From contig JAAOMT010000352.1 in assembly GCA_016748015.1 (NCBI GenBank), positions 310,001 through 374,000 of the forward strand: a stretch of DNA of 64,000 nt, given 5' to 3'. This document shows, piece after piece, positions 38,931 to 51,564 of this stretch. A program made the translations under genes and the position numbers. The notes beneath the pieces are model-generated. The model was not told where the DNA came from, did not search any database, and was given only the letters and a program-made list of their open reading frames with translations. Position 1 is the stretch's first letter. Every line of letters begins with the position of its first letter. This DNA is from Geosiphon pyriformis uo1 (Eukaryota; Fungi; Glomeromycota).

Positions 38931-40306
38931 ATGAATATACAAAAATACCACCAACTACAATATTATATAAATACCTAATTGTTCAAGAAAAAATTATCTC
39001 AAAAAGAACAAAAAAACATAAAACAACAATCAAAATATTTCATCAACCATCAAAATATACTTTACCAGAAGAACAGAAGAAATCCAGATCACTCAACCAG
39101 AGTAATTACAGAACCAAAGAAAAAGACAATATTATTCAACATACACTCAAATCCAACAGCAAGACATTTTCATAAAAAAGCAACCATAAAAAGAACCAGA
39201 GAAAGATATTATTAGCCATCAATGTATTCAGACATCATTCAATATGTTCAAAATTGTGATACTTGTCAGAAAAGAGGAAAAACAAAACTCAGTGAACCAT
39301 TAAGACCAATCAAAATAAAACAACCATTCAATCATATTGGAATTGACTTAGTCGAATCATTAACAATTACCAGCAGAGGCAACAGATTTATTGCAGTAGC
39401 CATGGATTATCTTACTAAATGGCCAAAAGCAAAAGCCATTCAAAGAGCAGATGCAAAATCTGTTGCCAAATTTGTTCATCAAGATTTGATCTGTCAACAT
39501 AGATGTTCAAAAAAATTATTATCTGATCAAGAAACTCACTTTCTGAACAGAATACTAACAGAATTAAGCCAAAGATTTGGAATCAAAAGACCATTATCAT
39601 CACCATATTATCCACAAACCAATGAATTAGTAGAAAGATTCAATAGAACACTGTGTGAAGCAATTGCCAAGATCAGTTAAGAAAACCAGGAAAAATGAGA
39701 TTTGTTTATATCATCAGTATTATTGGCTTATCAAACAATAAAACAAGATACTACACAAACAACACCATTTAAATTAGTATACAGTAGAACAGCAATCTTA
39801 CCAGTTGAGATAAAGGTCAACACATATTCAACTGAACCAATAACAGAAGAGAATTTCCAAGAAACTTTGTTGAGAAAAATATATGACTTAATGAAAATTC
39901 TAGAAAACAAACAATAAAAAACAGCTAATAACATACAACAGTCACAAGAAAAACAGAAAAAAAGACATGACAACCAACTACCAAATAAACCAGTTGAATT
40001 TAGAATTGAAGACAAAGTACTTCTACATCATGCCAAAATAGAAAAACAATGGAGTGGAAAATTTGACCCCAAATGGGATGAACCATTTTACATAAAAAAA
40101 TTCTAGGAAATGGAGCTTATAAATTAAGATGGAACAACAAAATCTTAGCCAAAGCAGCACATAGTAATTGATTGAAACCATATCACCAGATAGCATCATC
40201 ATCTACCAATAATATTCCACAACTGGGAGTACAGTGAATACTAGTCCAACCAGATGAGATTCCATGAGATTTGGAACCAACCATAATCATCAGACCAAAC
40301 ATGTAA
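38931..40306 (+). pseudogene. C integrase, separate ORF with its own ATG
   Basis: MNIQKYHQL... start; IHSNPTARHFH...CDTCQKRG; PFNHIGIDLV; MDYLTKWP; YPQTNELVERFNRTL. Confidence 0.88.
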
Positions 40307-40365
40307 AATAAACAATAAGAAGAGTATATAAAGACATGGTAGATGTAACAGAAAACATCAGAAAA

Positions 40366-40992
40366 ATGGAAATTACTGACAACATTCACTCACTAGCACA
40401 ACAATTCTTCTAATTGATCCAACAACAAGAAATGAAAATCACAATCAATCAACAAACTATCAGATACATTAACACCAAAAAAAGACCACAGAATAAAGTA
40501 CAGAGAAAAACAGAAGACATGATTGACAAAATAATTGCAAAAGTAAAACAGACAATAGAAACACAACTCAAAGTCACCCAATATTAAGAGTTGACTATAG
40601 AAATCTGGAATGGTGGATACAACAATTTCCAAGAAACTTTTGTTACTTTTACTTGGGACAACACATAAATATTTAGAATCTATACATGGATAAAACAAAA
40701 CAATTATTTAATACAACAATTGGAACAATTTGTGGGAAAAAACAATTTAACTACACAAGCAAAAGCCATTTATTGACTACATACCAGATTTCAAGATTGA
40801 CCAGAAATCTTGCTTAACACTGAAATGGACATTGTTACTGTTAACCAAATGAGAAAAATAACCAACACCCAATTTGAAGAATTACAGAACAAGATAACAC
40901 AAATAATTCTCAAAAAAGAAGTTCAAGAACTATTCAAGAATGGAGAATTAGAGCTAAGAGATTTGGGAAATCTCGATGAAGCTCAATATTAA
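40366..40992 (+). pseudogene. C ORF3 (non-env accessory ORF, ~208 codons, single frame with several internal stops)
   Basis: MEITDNIHSLAQQFF...KITNTQFEEL...LDEAQY*; TATATAAA at 40325-40332; ends at the PPT. Confidence 0.75.
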
Positions 40993-41005
40993 AAGGAGAG
41001 AAAAA

Positions 41006-41823
41006 TGTTACTCATAGAATATAGGAAATATATTAGTATATAAATTAGCCAATTAGAAATAGGCATAGTAAATGTAGAATTTTAGGATTCTTATATGAGG
41101 AACCACAGGATTCCAGAATTCCAGGATTTCTCTTAAAGAAATTACAGAATTCCAGGAATCCCAAGATTTCTGGTGTGAAGAATTGAAGAATTAAGGAATC
41201 TCAATTATGTATATATAACAGTAGTGTTAAAAGCAGAAAAAAAGAATTTCTTAGTTAGAGACCTCTCAGTTTAGATTTGATCTAAACAATCTTTCACATT
41301 ACAATTATCAATAAATAACTATTTGTTATCTTAATCTACTCTCCACTATTAACACTACATATTGATAGTAATTGCTATTTAACCATACTGGAGCAATAAC
41401 TCTTAATCATGGCTATTAGTAAGATATTAACTTACAAAATGTCTTGGATTATTTCTTTTTTTTATTTTTTTTATTTTTCTTCTCTTTTTTTGTTGTGTTT
41501 ACTAATTGATTAAGGATTAAGTACTGAATTACTAACATCAAGAATTGCCTGGTAAAAGACTTCTGTAAGTGGATAGAACATGTAAAAAGAATTATGGATT
41601 ACTTACCAGAGGATTGCTGGTTATCACACTGAGAAAAAAATTGACAGAATTGCAATTCTGGGAAGCTACAAATAACAACTATTAAATCTCTGTTTATTAT
41701 ACAAAAGACTTCACCAAAATCTTCAGAGTCATAACACTTCCAGCAACCAATATCAATCAAGTCATTAAGCACCAGATTATGAGTTTGTATTTAATTTGAG
41801 ATCCCAAATAATCATTCATAACA
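41006..41823 (+). repeat. 3' LTR of C (818 bp)
   Basis: Direct repeat of 32005-32780 with an extra block of the GAATTCCAG array. Confidence 0.95.
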
Positions 41824-42894
41824 TCATACATGTTTCATTTCTTGCTCTTCTGAATCATATTAATGTCAATGCTTTGCTGTAATTATTTTTGATTCTTTGA
41901 AATCTCTGGATATTGCTGTGTTAAAAACTAATATCTTGTATGGTTGCCATATCTGGTGGAAAACTCCTGGATGTTATCATTGCTACAAGTATTAAGACTT
42001 AAATCAGTTGGCTGTGGACTGTAAGAAGTTATTTTCTCTCTTTCCCAAACTTTCTTCCAACTCTTTTAATGGCCCCAAAGTTTTCAAACTTTTATTTGTT
42101 GGATCTAAATATTATGCCAAAGCTGCTGTCTTTGTGGTTTCTTCTATTGTTGCTGCTGCTAATATGGATTTGGCTCTTGGTGGCTTTCCAAAGCTACAAC
42201 ATCCATGTTGTCTATTGTTCTTTTCACTTTCAATAATACTATTGAATCTGGATTGGCTTCTTTGGAATTCCATCTTAATAAACTTTCTTTGTTGATAAAA
42301 TCTTTAATTAAACCTGTTGGCTCTCTGATTGTATTAGTTACTAAATTGCTGTCTACTTTATCTGCTGTAGATAGGTCAGTAAAAAAAAGTGTGGCTGGAT
42401 TGGCTAAACAAATTAAAAGCTTTGCTGCTGTAACTTCCATAATACAGAAAAGAATAGCAAATCTTAAAAAAAAGTGTGAATAAGTCTGCTTAGAAGATGT
42501 ATTAAATAATGATAACATGGATGATAATAATAATAATAATAATAATGTTAAAAATTATTCTGTTTATAACAATATCTTTAATCTTATAATAAATTTATAA
42601 GAAAATCAATCTTTCAGTATCAAATTCAATTTTGATCAGACTGTTAAATAGATGAGTGATATGGTTAAGAATAGTTATAAGCTTGTTAGCATTATGAATA
42701 AGATATATAAATTAGATATGTTTAATCTATTAGATAGCAAAGATAGTATTAGTATGTAGTTAGGGCTTTTTACTTGTAATTAGTTATATCTTGTGATTTT
42801 TGTATTATTGGATAAGCTGGCTTTATAAAAGCACCACAATTTTGTAGACATAATTAATAAACAACCAGCATGGCTACATGTTAACAAAAAAAAA

Positions 42895-44421
42895 GTATGA
42901 ATTTAATATACAAGATCAGTTTCATAAAATATCTTAATTGCTATTTTTTTTAAAAAATAACTGAAAAATTTGAAGATAGAGAAATAATTTATACTGTTGT
43001 TACCAGTAGAATTTTAGCTATTAATTAGCATGAAATTACCCTTATAATTCCTATTATTAATTAGTATACATTATTATTAATTCGATTATCACTTATTATT
43101 TAATCAAATTATCAAATATCATTACTCAATTAATAATCCAATTTGTACTCTAGAAATTAAGATAATCAAATTACACAATACCCTGAACCATTTAACATAG
43201 TCAAAATTCGCCGAAATTAATGAAAATTCGCCGAAATAATCAAATAGTTTAGTGAAATAACTTGTAGTTTGCCGAAATGTATCTTTAGTTCACCCAAATT
43301 ATAGAAAAGAGAAAAGTACAAGTTCAAAGACTAGTACTACAACAAGTTGTATAAAAGAAGAGCTTCTCTCTTCAAGAAAATGTATCTTCTCCTAGTATCT
43401 TAACATAGCATCCTACTTTAGATATCTTAATTGAAACAAATTACCTTTTACATATTCAAATAAAAATCAAATATTCAAAAACCAAATCCTTAAATTATTA
43501 CACTTAAAATTCCCTCAACACAACTAACGTTTTTGAAATTGATTAGCTACCAATTTCAGTAATCTGTTAGTGACTCCAGGTCTGGATAGAAAACGTTTCC
43601 CTTGATAAAATTCTATTTCTTTTACATTTTTTTTATTTTCTTTTATTTTTTATTATAATCATTAGGGTAACCTACAGACGAGATTCTTATAGAAGAGTTG
43701 ACTTTTACAGCAAAGTAACTACACATTTTTAGTGAGCTTCCAGATGAGCAATTTCTGGGAAAGAGTTGACGTTTACTACAACATAACTACACAAAGCAAC
43801 TGGCACGGAATTGGCCATTCCACTTATAAGCCCAGCAGTTCAAATTATAGGAGATAATTTGAAAATAAATTCAGTTACTGGAGGTCCAACTACTTCCTAG
43901 AAACGTGAATTCACAGCAAAACAACATTAACAACATTCAAAAAAAGAGACCAAAAACCTTTGGTAACACTGTTAACAAATGATAATACATTAGTATAATT
44001 CTATGTCTTATATTGGTATTTATAGAATTTAATATTAAATATCAGATATATTCTTTAGTCACATTTTATTCAATAATCTTTAAATATTACAATTATACAA
44101 GTCAGAAAAAAGATAGATAAATGCCAACAAGTAATTTTTTATCTCAAGATATTCAGATACTTGAAAGTAAGAAAAGAAAAATTAGCAAAAAGAGAAGAAT
44201 TAAGATAAAGTTATTATTTTATTTTTTTGATTTGTATATGCTTTTTTACAGTTAAGAAATTCATTATTTATATAGCTATTGAAAGTAGTCAATAACCAGA
44301 TCAATGACTAAGCCAATAATTAAGTCAATAATTACTATCTAAAAATAGAGTGGCTAATTATATAACATTAGTGGCTAATACATATAATAACTAATAAAAG
44401 ATATAAGTTTTAATTGTAACA
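42895..44421 (-). repeat. Truncated family A LTR (possibly the 5' LTR of A000), split by a solo B LTR
   Basis: 42895-42997 plus 43973-44421 match 29273-29877; ends GTAACA at 44421. Confidence 0.85.
42998..43968 (+). mobile_element. Solo LTR of family B (971 bp)
   Basis: TGTTACC...GGTAACA; TSD CTGT at 42994-42997 and 43969-43972. Confidence 0.93.
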
Positions 44422-45257
44422 ACAATATAGCACAATAATAATTTTAGAAAAGTAATAATTAACATAGTAGCAAGTACTATTTTACAATAATAACAAGTAC
44501 CAGTTTGTAATAGTGGTCAATATTAACTGGTAATAGCAGCAAACACCAAGTTAAAATATTAAAAAAAAAGTATTATAATATGTTTTCTCATAAAACTACA
44601 AACATATATATAGATAGCAGCTTTAATATTGAGAAAAACAATAAATCATAAAACAAGTCATAAAAAAAATCATAAAAACAAATTATTAAACAATTTATTC
44701 AACAGTTCCACTTTAATTATCTTTTAGTTTTTATTTTTAAAATAAATATTCACAAAAATTTTTAATCAAAAAAAAATAAAAAAATTGTTGAAACTAAATT
44801 ATCATAATTTAAAGTATTAAGAAACTTATTTGTATTATTTATTGAATAAAACTATTATTTATCAGCTGAATTTCTTAAAAGAATAATCTTTAATCAAGAT
44901 TATTTATGTTGTTACTAATTGATAAAAGCTTTATTGTAAGAATTAAAAAAAGTATTAAAAACCATTAACATTTTTGTTTCTAAATTAGAGAAATACATTA
45001 AGCAATTGCAAAGATAATCTTAGAAAAAACCTCAAACAATAGGTAGATTTCAGTTTAGTCTTTAAAAAAAGTATATAAATATAAACAACAATTAGAATTA
45101 AGAAATAACTTATATTATGACATTAAAAAAAAGCCTTCAGTATAAATATTAACATTATTACACAAATAGAATTGAGGAATTCACAAGAGACTAATTGCAA
45201 TTAAAATGGAATATTAATATTTAATATATCAAGAAAATCATCCCATAACAATAACAA

Positions 45258-45738
45258 TTTACCTAGTTTTTTGGTCATCTTATTACAAAAGATAAAATCT
45301 TTTCTAATTCAGTCAAGATTAAAAAAAGTTCAAATTATTAAACAACTAATAAATATTTATGAATTATGCTCTTTTCTTGGTTTAATATCTTATTATTAAA
45401 AGTTTGTTAAAAATTTCTCCAAAATCACTTTTTTGCTTAATTAACTATTCAAAAAAACTGTCAATTATTACTAAAGCATATATTAGCAAAAAATTTTTAA
45501 AACTCTAAAATAAAAACTAGTTACTAAACTAATTCTTATGTAATCTGATTTAAATCAATTTTTTATTCTTTATATTAATGTATTTAGCTTAAGACTTGGT
45601 GTTGTTTTCTCTTAAAAAGATAAAAATAACAAAGAGCATATTATAGCTTATACCAGCTGATTATTTTTCTTAGCAGAACAAAACTACTTAATTACTAAAC
45701 AGGAATGTTTAACAGTAGTATAGACTATTAATTATTAA
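45258..45738 (+). mobile_element. Heavily decayed family A RT/RNase H fragment
   Basis: Colinear with ~5834-6310, with pervasive C>T/G>A changes. Confidence 0.75.
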
Positions 45739-46304
45739 GAGTATATAATATAAAATAAAATAAATAAAATAAAAAAAAAAAAAATTAGTATTATATTAAT
45801 AGCTATAAATAAAAGCTGTTAGTTTAGTATAATTAAGTAGTAGATGTTATTAACATAAGTTGCTAATGAAATTAGAGAATAATAATTTTAATTTAATAAA
45901 AAAAATAACATAAATTAGATAATAAAACAATACTTTTATTTGATATTTGGATAATTTTACTTTAAGATATAGAAAACTATTTTTTAAAGAAAGAAATATG
46001 TCAGAAATATTTATTGTTAACTAGTTAAAAACTTGTTTAAGTTTTTTTTACTTTTAATACTATTGCTATATATATATATTTTTTGTTATACAAGATCTTA
46101 TACATTTTTATTTTTTTTTATGCTATTTTCTAAAACTGTTTATTTTTGAGCAAGTTGCCATAATTTTTTGGAAATATGTTCAATTTTTATAAATGTGCAC
46201 ATTTCTGAAAATATGCTTACATATTGAGTATTATTTTTTTATTAATTTATTCTTATAATTTATCTTTTTATTTTTTTCTTGTATTCTTTTTTTATAAATA
46301 ATAC

Positions 46305-48590
46305 TATCTATTAGACTGTAATAAAATAGAAAAAATACTTGAGTCAAAAATTTGATATATATATAAACTACAAAGAATTAACATTAATTTAGAAGCAAAA
46401 ATTTGAAAATAATTATTATACAAAATAAAATAGAATTATCATAATTTAATTATACAGTATATTATAAAAAGAAAAAAAAATAGAAATACCAATAGTTTAT
46501 TCAAAATGAAACAAATTTAAGAACATTTTAACACCAAAAATAAGTTAAAAGATAAATATACAAAAATATTAACAACTTTAATATTATATTAATATTTAAC
46601 TGTTTAAGAAAAATTATTTTAGAATAAACAAAACAATATAAAACAATATAAAACAATTAAAATATTTTATTACTTATTAAAATATACTATATTAAAAAAA
46701 TAGAAAAGAACCAAACTAATTACTTAAAGTAGTTACAAAACCAGAAAAGAATACAATACTATTTAATATATATTTAAAGCTAACAACAGAATATTTTTAT
46801 AAAAAATCACAATTAAAAGAACTAAAAAACAATATTATTAGTTATTAATATATTTAGACATTATTTAATATGTTTAAAATTGTAATGTTTATTAAAAAAA
46901 AAAGAAACAAAATCTAGTAAACTATTAAGACCAATTAAAGTAAAACAATTATTTAATTAGATTAGGATTAATTTAATAAAACTACTAACAATTATTAATA
47001 AAAACAATAAATATATAGCTATAGCAATAGACTATTTTATTAAATAGCCAGAAGTTAAAGTCATTCAAAGAACCAATACAGAAATAATAGCAGAATTTAT
47101 GTATAAAAAACTAATTTGTTATTATAAATGTCTAAAAAAATTATTATTAGACCAAAAAACTTATTTTGTAAATAAAACATTAATAAAATTAAGTCAAAAA
47201 TTTGGAATTATTATTATATTATCTACAAATAAATAACTTAGTTAAAAAGTTTAATAAAACATTATATAAAACAATTACCAAAATCAGTTAGAAAAATCAA
47301 GAGGAATAGAACTTATTTATGCTATTAATATTATTTGCTTATTAAACAATAAAACAAAATATAACTTAGACAATACTATTTGAATTGTTCTATAATAAAA
47401 CAGTAATACTATTAGTTAAAATAAATATTCAAACATATTTAACTAAACCAATAATAAAAGCTATCTTTTAAACAATATTGTTATAAAAAACATAATTTAA
47501 TAAAAACACTAAAAAATAAATAAAAAAAGCAGCCAATAATATTTAAAAGTCACAAAAAAGATAACATAATAACTAGTTATTAGATAAACCAGTTAAATTC
47601 AAGATTGGAAACAAAGTATTTTTATATTATACTAAAACAAAAAAATAATAGAATAAAAAGTTTGATTTCAAATAGAATAGTTTATTTTATATTAAAGAAA
47701 TTTTAGAAAATAAAACATACAAATTAAGATAGGACAATAAAATTTTAGCCAAAGCAATATATAGTAATTAACTTAAATTATATTACAACAGAATATTATT
47801 AATTATTAATAATATTCTACAATTAGAAGTACAAAAAATACCAATTAAACCATATAAAATTCCACAAAATTTGAAACTAATTATAATTATTAAAGCAAAT
47901 ATATATATTAAATCAGATATAAAGACCCAATACATATAACAAAAAAAAACCAAAAAAAAAATAAAAATTACTGATAATATTTACTTTATTATACAACTAA
48001 ACATAAAAATTACAATTAATAAATAAATTATCTAATATAAAAACACAAAAAAAAACAAGAGCTTTAAAATAATTAACAATACTAAGTACATCTATTATCT
48101 AAAAATATAGTAAATAAAATAATAAAAAAAGTAAAAACAGTGTTGAAAAATCTAATAATGACTATAGCATATTAGAAAATAACCAAAAAAAATTGAAATC
48201 AATAAACATAATAATTTGCTAAAAACTTTTGTTATTACCACTTAGGAAAACAATTAAATATTTAAAACTTATATATAAATAAAACCAAATAAATATTCAA
48301 TCTAATCATATTACAATAGATAAAACAATTTGTAAAAAAAATAGCTTAATTACATATACAAGAGCAATTTACTGCTTACAAATAGAATTTTAAAATTATT
48401 TAAAAATATTGCTATATTTAATAATATATACAATAACAATTAACCAATAATAAAAAATTATTAATGTTCAGTTTAAAAAATTACAAACCAGAATTGACAA
48501 TGTAATTCTAAAAAAAAAGTAATAAAGTTAATTTAAGAAAAAAACTTAAAAGATTTTAACAGAGCTTAATATTAAAAAAAAATATTATTA
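46305..48590 (+). mobile_element. Heavily decayed C-like RNase H end, integrase and ORF3
   Basis: Colinear with ~38680-41005; extremely AT-rich. Confidence 0.75.
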
Positions 48591-48950
48591 TCTATGTAAT
48601 AATAGAAAAAGATAAAAGAAATAAATAAAACTACTATTAATAAAACTATGTATAACCATTAATTTACAAACAGGTTTATATTTTGTAAAATGTTGAAAAG
48701 TTTGAAAAACAAAAAACATTTTTTTCTTAAAACATTTTTTTCTTTTTAAAGAATTTTGAACATAAGTTTTTTTTTCAGTTATAAAAATCAATTAATAAGA
48801 TTAAAAACTATTAACAGTATTTTAAACATATAATTCGAGATCTTAATACTTTTAGTTTCACAATTATAATTATAATTTAATGGTAACAATTTTAATTTTA
48901 TATTTGCGCAAAAAGCTACAAAAAGATTAAATTAACAATTTGACGGGTTG

Positions 48951-51393
48951 CTATTTTTCTGCTAAAATTTCCTCTTCTTCGTCCAAATCTTCAGCATCAT
49001 CGAGCCCACCTTCTTCCTCCATTTCAAAAGAGCTCGGAGGAACAGAGTATAATCTAACAACAGGCTATTTAATCATCAGAAGTTAATAAAATTTAATTAA
49101 AAGCTACGGAAAGAAAAATAGTCTAGAAAATCCTTAATGTGTCTAACCTTGTTAGGATCTTTCAATAAAATATATTTACCCTCAGGCAGTTTCATACATA
49201 AATCAACAATTGTTCTCACAATACCCCAGCCATTGGATACAGAGAAATTCATTTGACCTGCAAAATCACGTGGTTTATAGTATTGAGCACCGAGAATAAC
49301 ATGACGTGTTTGATCTTTTGGATTAGCTCGAGAAACGTAACTTTGGAATAAGTAAAAATTTAAATATAATTTTAATAGTAACTCAGAATTGACAACCGAT
49401 AATCCATTTGAACTATTTGTAGATGGAATACATAAACTTTTGATACATACCCAAGTTTCATTTGATCAGCCCCAGCCAAGATACTTTGTACAGCCCACCT
49501 TGCTAATTTACAGCTATTATTTTTCATTTCGGTTGCTACTACTGCACCACGCTGAGTATCCAATCTTTGTCGCCAATCTAAAGCTCCTCCAGCACCTTGG
49601 GCACGTGAATCAAATTCATTCAAAGCTTTAATTGTAATAAATGTGTCATCACCTGTTGCCGTTTTGACAACTGAATCAAGCTGTGTGCGTACAATAAGTG
49701 TTAAGTTTTCCTCTTCATTGACGCTGAGGTCAAATCGTCGATAACGATAAGCACAAGAAGCTAGATAGTCAAATTCTTCAGGTGAATTCGTTAATGGATT
49801 TGGTTTGTCGAATTCATATTTTTCCCCCTATTATTTTTATAAATAAGAAGGTTTAACAACTTTCGCAACTGTAGAAAGTATGATCATTAATTTAGCACAC
49901 CTCATTCACAACTTGGGTAGCAAAAAAGTGGTTAATAAGGGTAGCTTCTAAAGCTAAAGCACTGGGAGAATTAATGTTATCTTTGTCCCCTGTCTCAATC
50001 GGAGGATCAGCCGCGTTTTCATTCACAGTTATGTAATCTAAAAAAGCTTGAAATTACTATTTTACCAAGTTATAAAAATTTAGCACAACTTATTGCTTAC
50101 CATATACACCATTGTTTCTTTTGTCAAATAATAGCTTATTTCCAAAACGATGAATCACCATGTCCCAGGGGTAGACCGTTCGGGGTGCGCACATTAGAAG
50201 ACTAAGCACAGTATCAGTGGCAAAAACAACTGCGGAATCTTCTTTTACGAGCTAATAATATTTATAAAACTTCAATTGTTTCTCCCAATTTTGTAATATT
50301 TGAAAAAAATGATGCAATCAATTTTTAATTACAAATTACTTGTTCAATAATTGGATCTTTTGCAGTTCCAGTAAAATGTCGAACACGTTCAATTTGCTGT
50401 AGTGGTTTTTCTGTTTTAGTTGATATGGCATTATATGACTTTTCATAATAAAACAATGTCCCGTGTGACGATCTAAAATGGAAAGGAGTGTATTATATTA
50501 AAAATAAAATAAAAACAAAATAAAATATCTTCATTTTGATTACTTGCATATCCTCGCCATCATCAACATCCAAATTTAGTTTTGATAGTCGACTAAACTC
50601 TATTTCTTCGAGAACTTTCCATTCTGGCCCAACAGTTACAGAGGCATCACGGGTACGTTGGGGCTTAATGCCTAGGTAATTAGTGAAATAATTTTCTGAC
50701 TCCTCAAACGTCCTAATACTGACATACCTTATCATAATCTTTCCATCCAAAACGTCTACGGACTACGGCAGTAACGTTCTTACCTCCAAATAGATTCCTC
50801 CCAGGCATCCCCATCCGATTGAATTGACCATTTCTAACATTACGATTTTGTTGACCTCCTCTACCTCCTTGTCTAATCTATGAAAGTTGAAAATATCATT
50901 CAAAATTAATATTTGCCCGATTTTGATTGAAACATTTATATCCATCTAAAGAAATGTCAACCTTAGGTCCTCCAGCAGTGCGATATTGTGATGCCTTCTT
51001 CTGGGCAGTGGTCCTGTTATCCACAACAGAAAAAGAAGCTTCATCTTCGTCATGTGTATATGTGAAGGCGCTTGAAACTCCACTACCATAGGCAGTGTAT
51101 TGATCTAAGGGTGGCATAATGAAAGAAGTTTAGATCGAGCTTGACCATTTTACACAAATATCTATAATCATAAAGGTACCTCGATAGTTTCGATAATTGA
51201 CTCGTTGTCGACCGGTCCCCTCCTTTTCTTTTTGTTCAGGTGTAGACCAATCCGCGATCCTGCCTAGCTTGTCAGCTTTACTATATGGTGCGTACGGTAT
51301 ATCTCTGAACTTTTCGGGAAACATATCAGGAGAAGGACCCCAGCCATTTTCGTTGTCAATAATTTTTGGTAATTTAAAGATAGGGTCAGTCAT
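48951..51393 (-). CDS. EIF3D: Eukaryotic translation initiation factor 3 subunit D (multi-exon)
   Basis: GWGPS...[21 protein letters not shown]; [10 protein letters not shown]; [29 protein letters not shown]; acidic tail; GT-AG introns; stop TAG at 48953-48951. Confidence 0.95.
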
Positions 51394-51564
51394 TATAATT
51401 TTACAGAAAAATAAGCTCTGTTATTCAGAAAATTATTGAAAAAAAAGGGTTTGTTTGTTTGTTAGAATCTGACATGGATAAATTATGCATAATTCATTGT
51501 CCACGCAAATCTTCATTCAATTTAAATTAACTGCCTAAAAGGTTTGAAGACCAGTTTCATAGGT

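Larger units (their letters stand above)
32005..41823 (+). mobile_element. Ty3/Gypsy family C full-length copy (gag-PR-Cys-dUTPase-RT-RH / IN / ORF3)
   Basis: LTRs 32005-32780 and 41006-41823; TSD CCAT (32001-32004) / TCAT (41824-41827); PBS TGGTGCTCTCTGTGAGG 32783-32799; PPT 40991-41005. Confidence 0.95.
30680..42894 (+). mobile_element. LINE-like element with ORF1 only (RRM-like repeats, CCHC, coiled coil) and an A-tail; interrupted by element C
   Basis: ORF from ATG 30680 reads across C (QVGSH|TCFIS); knuckle remnant CYK(Y)*DLN(Q)LAVDC at ~41980-42022; stop at ~42758; ~130-bp 3' UTR; A-run at 42886-42894; no endonuclease or RT. Confidence 0.6.

Noticed and set aside
44430-45250. Possible DNA-transposon remnant
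   Set aside because: Too eroded; no terminal repeats or transposase motif could be supported.
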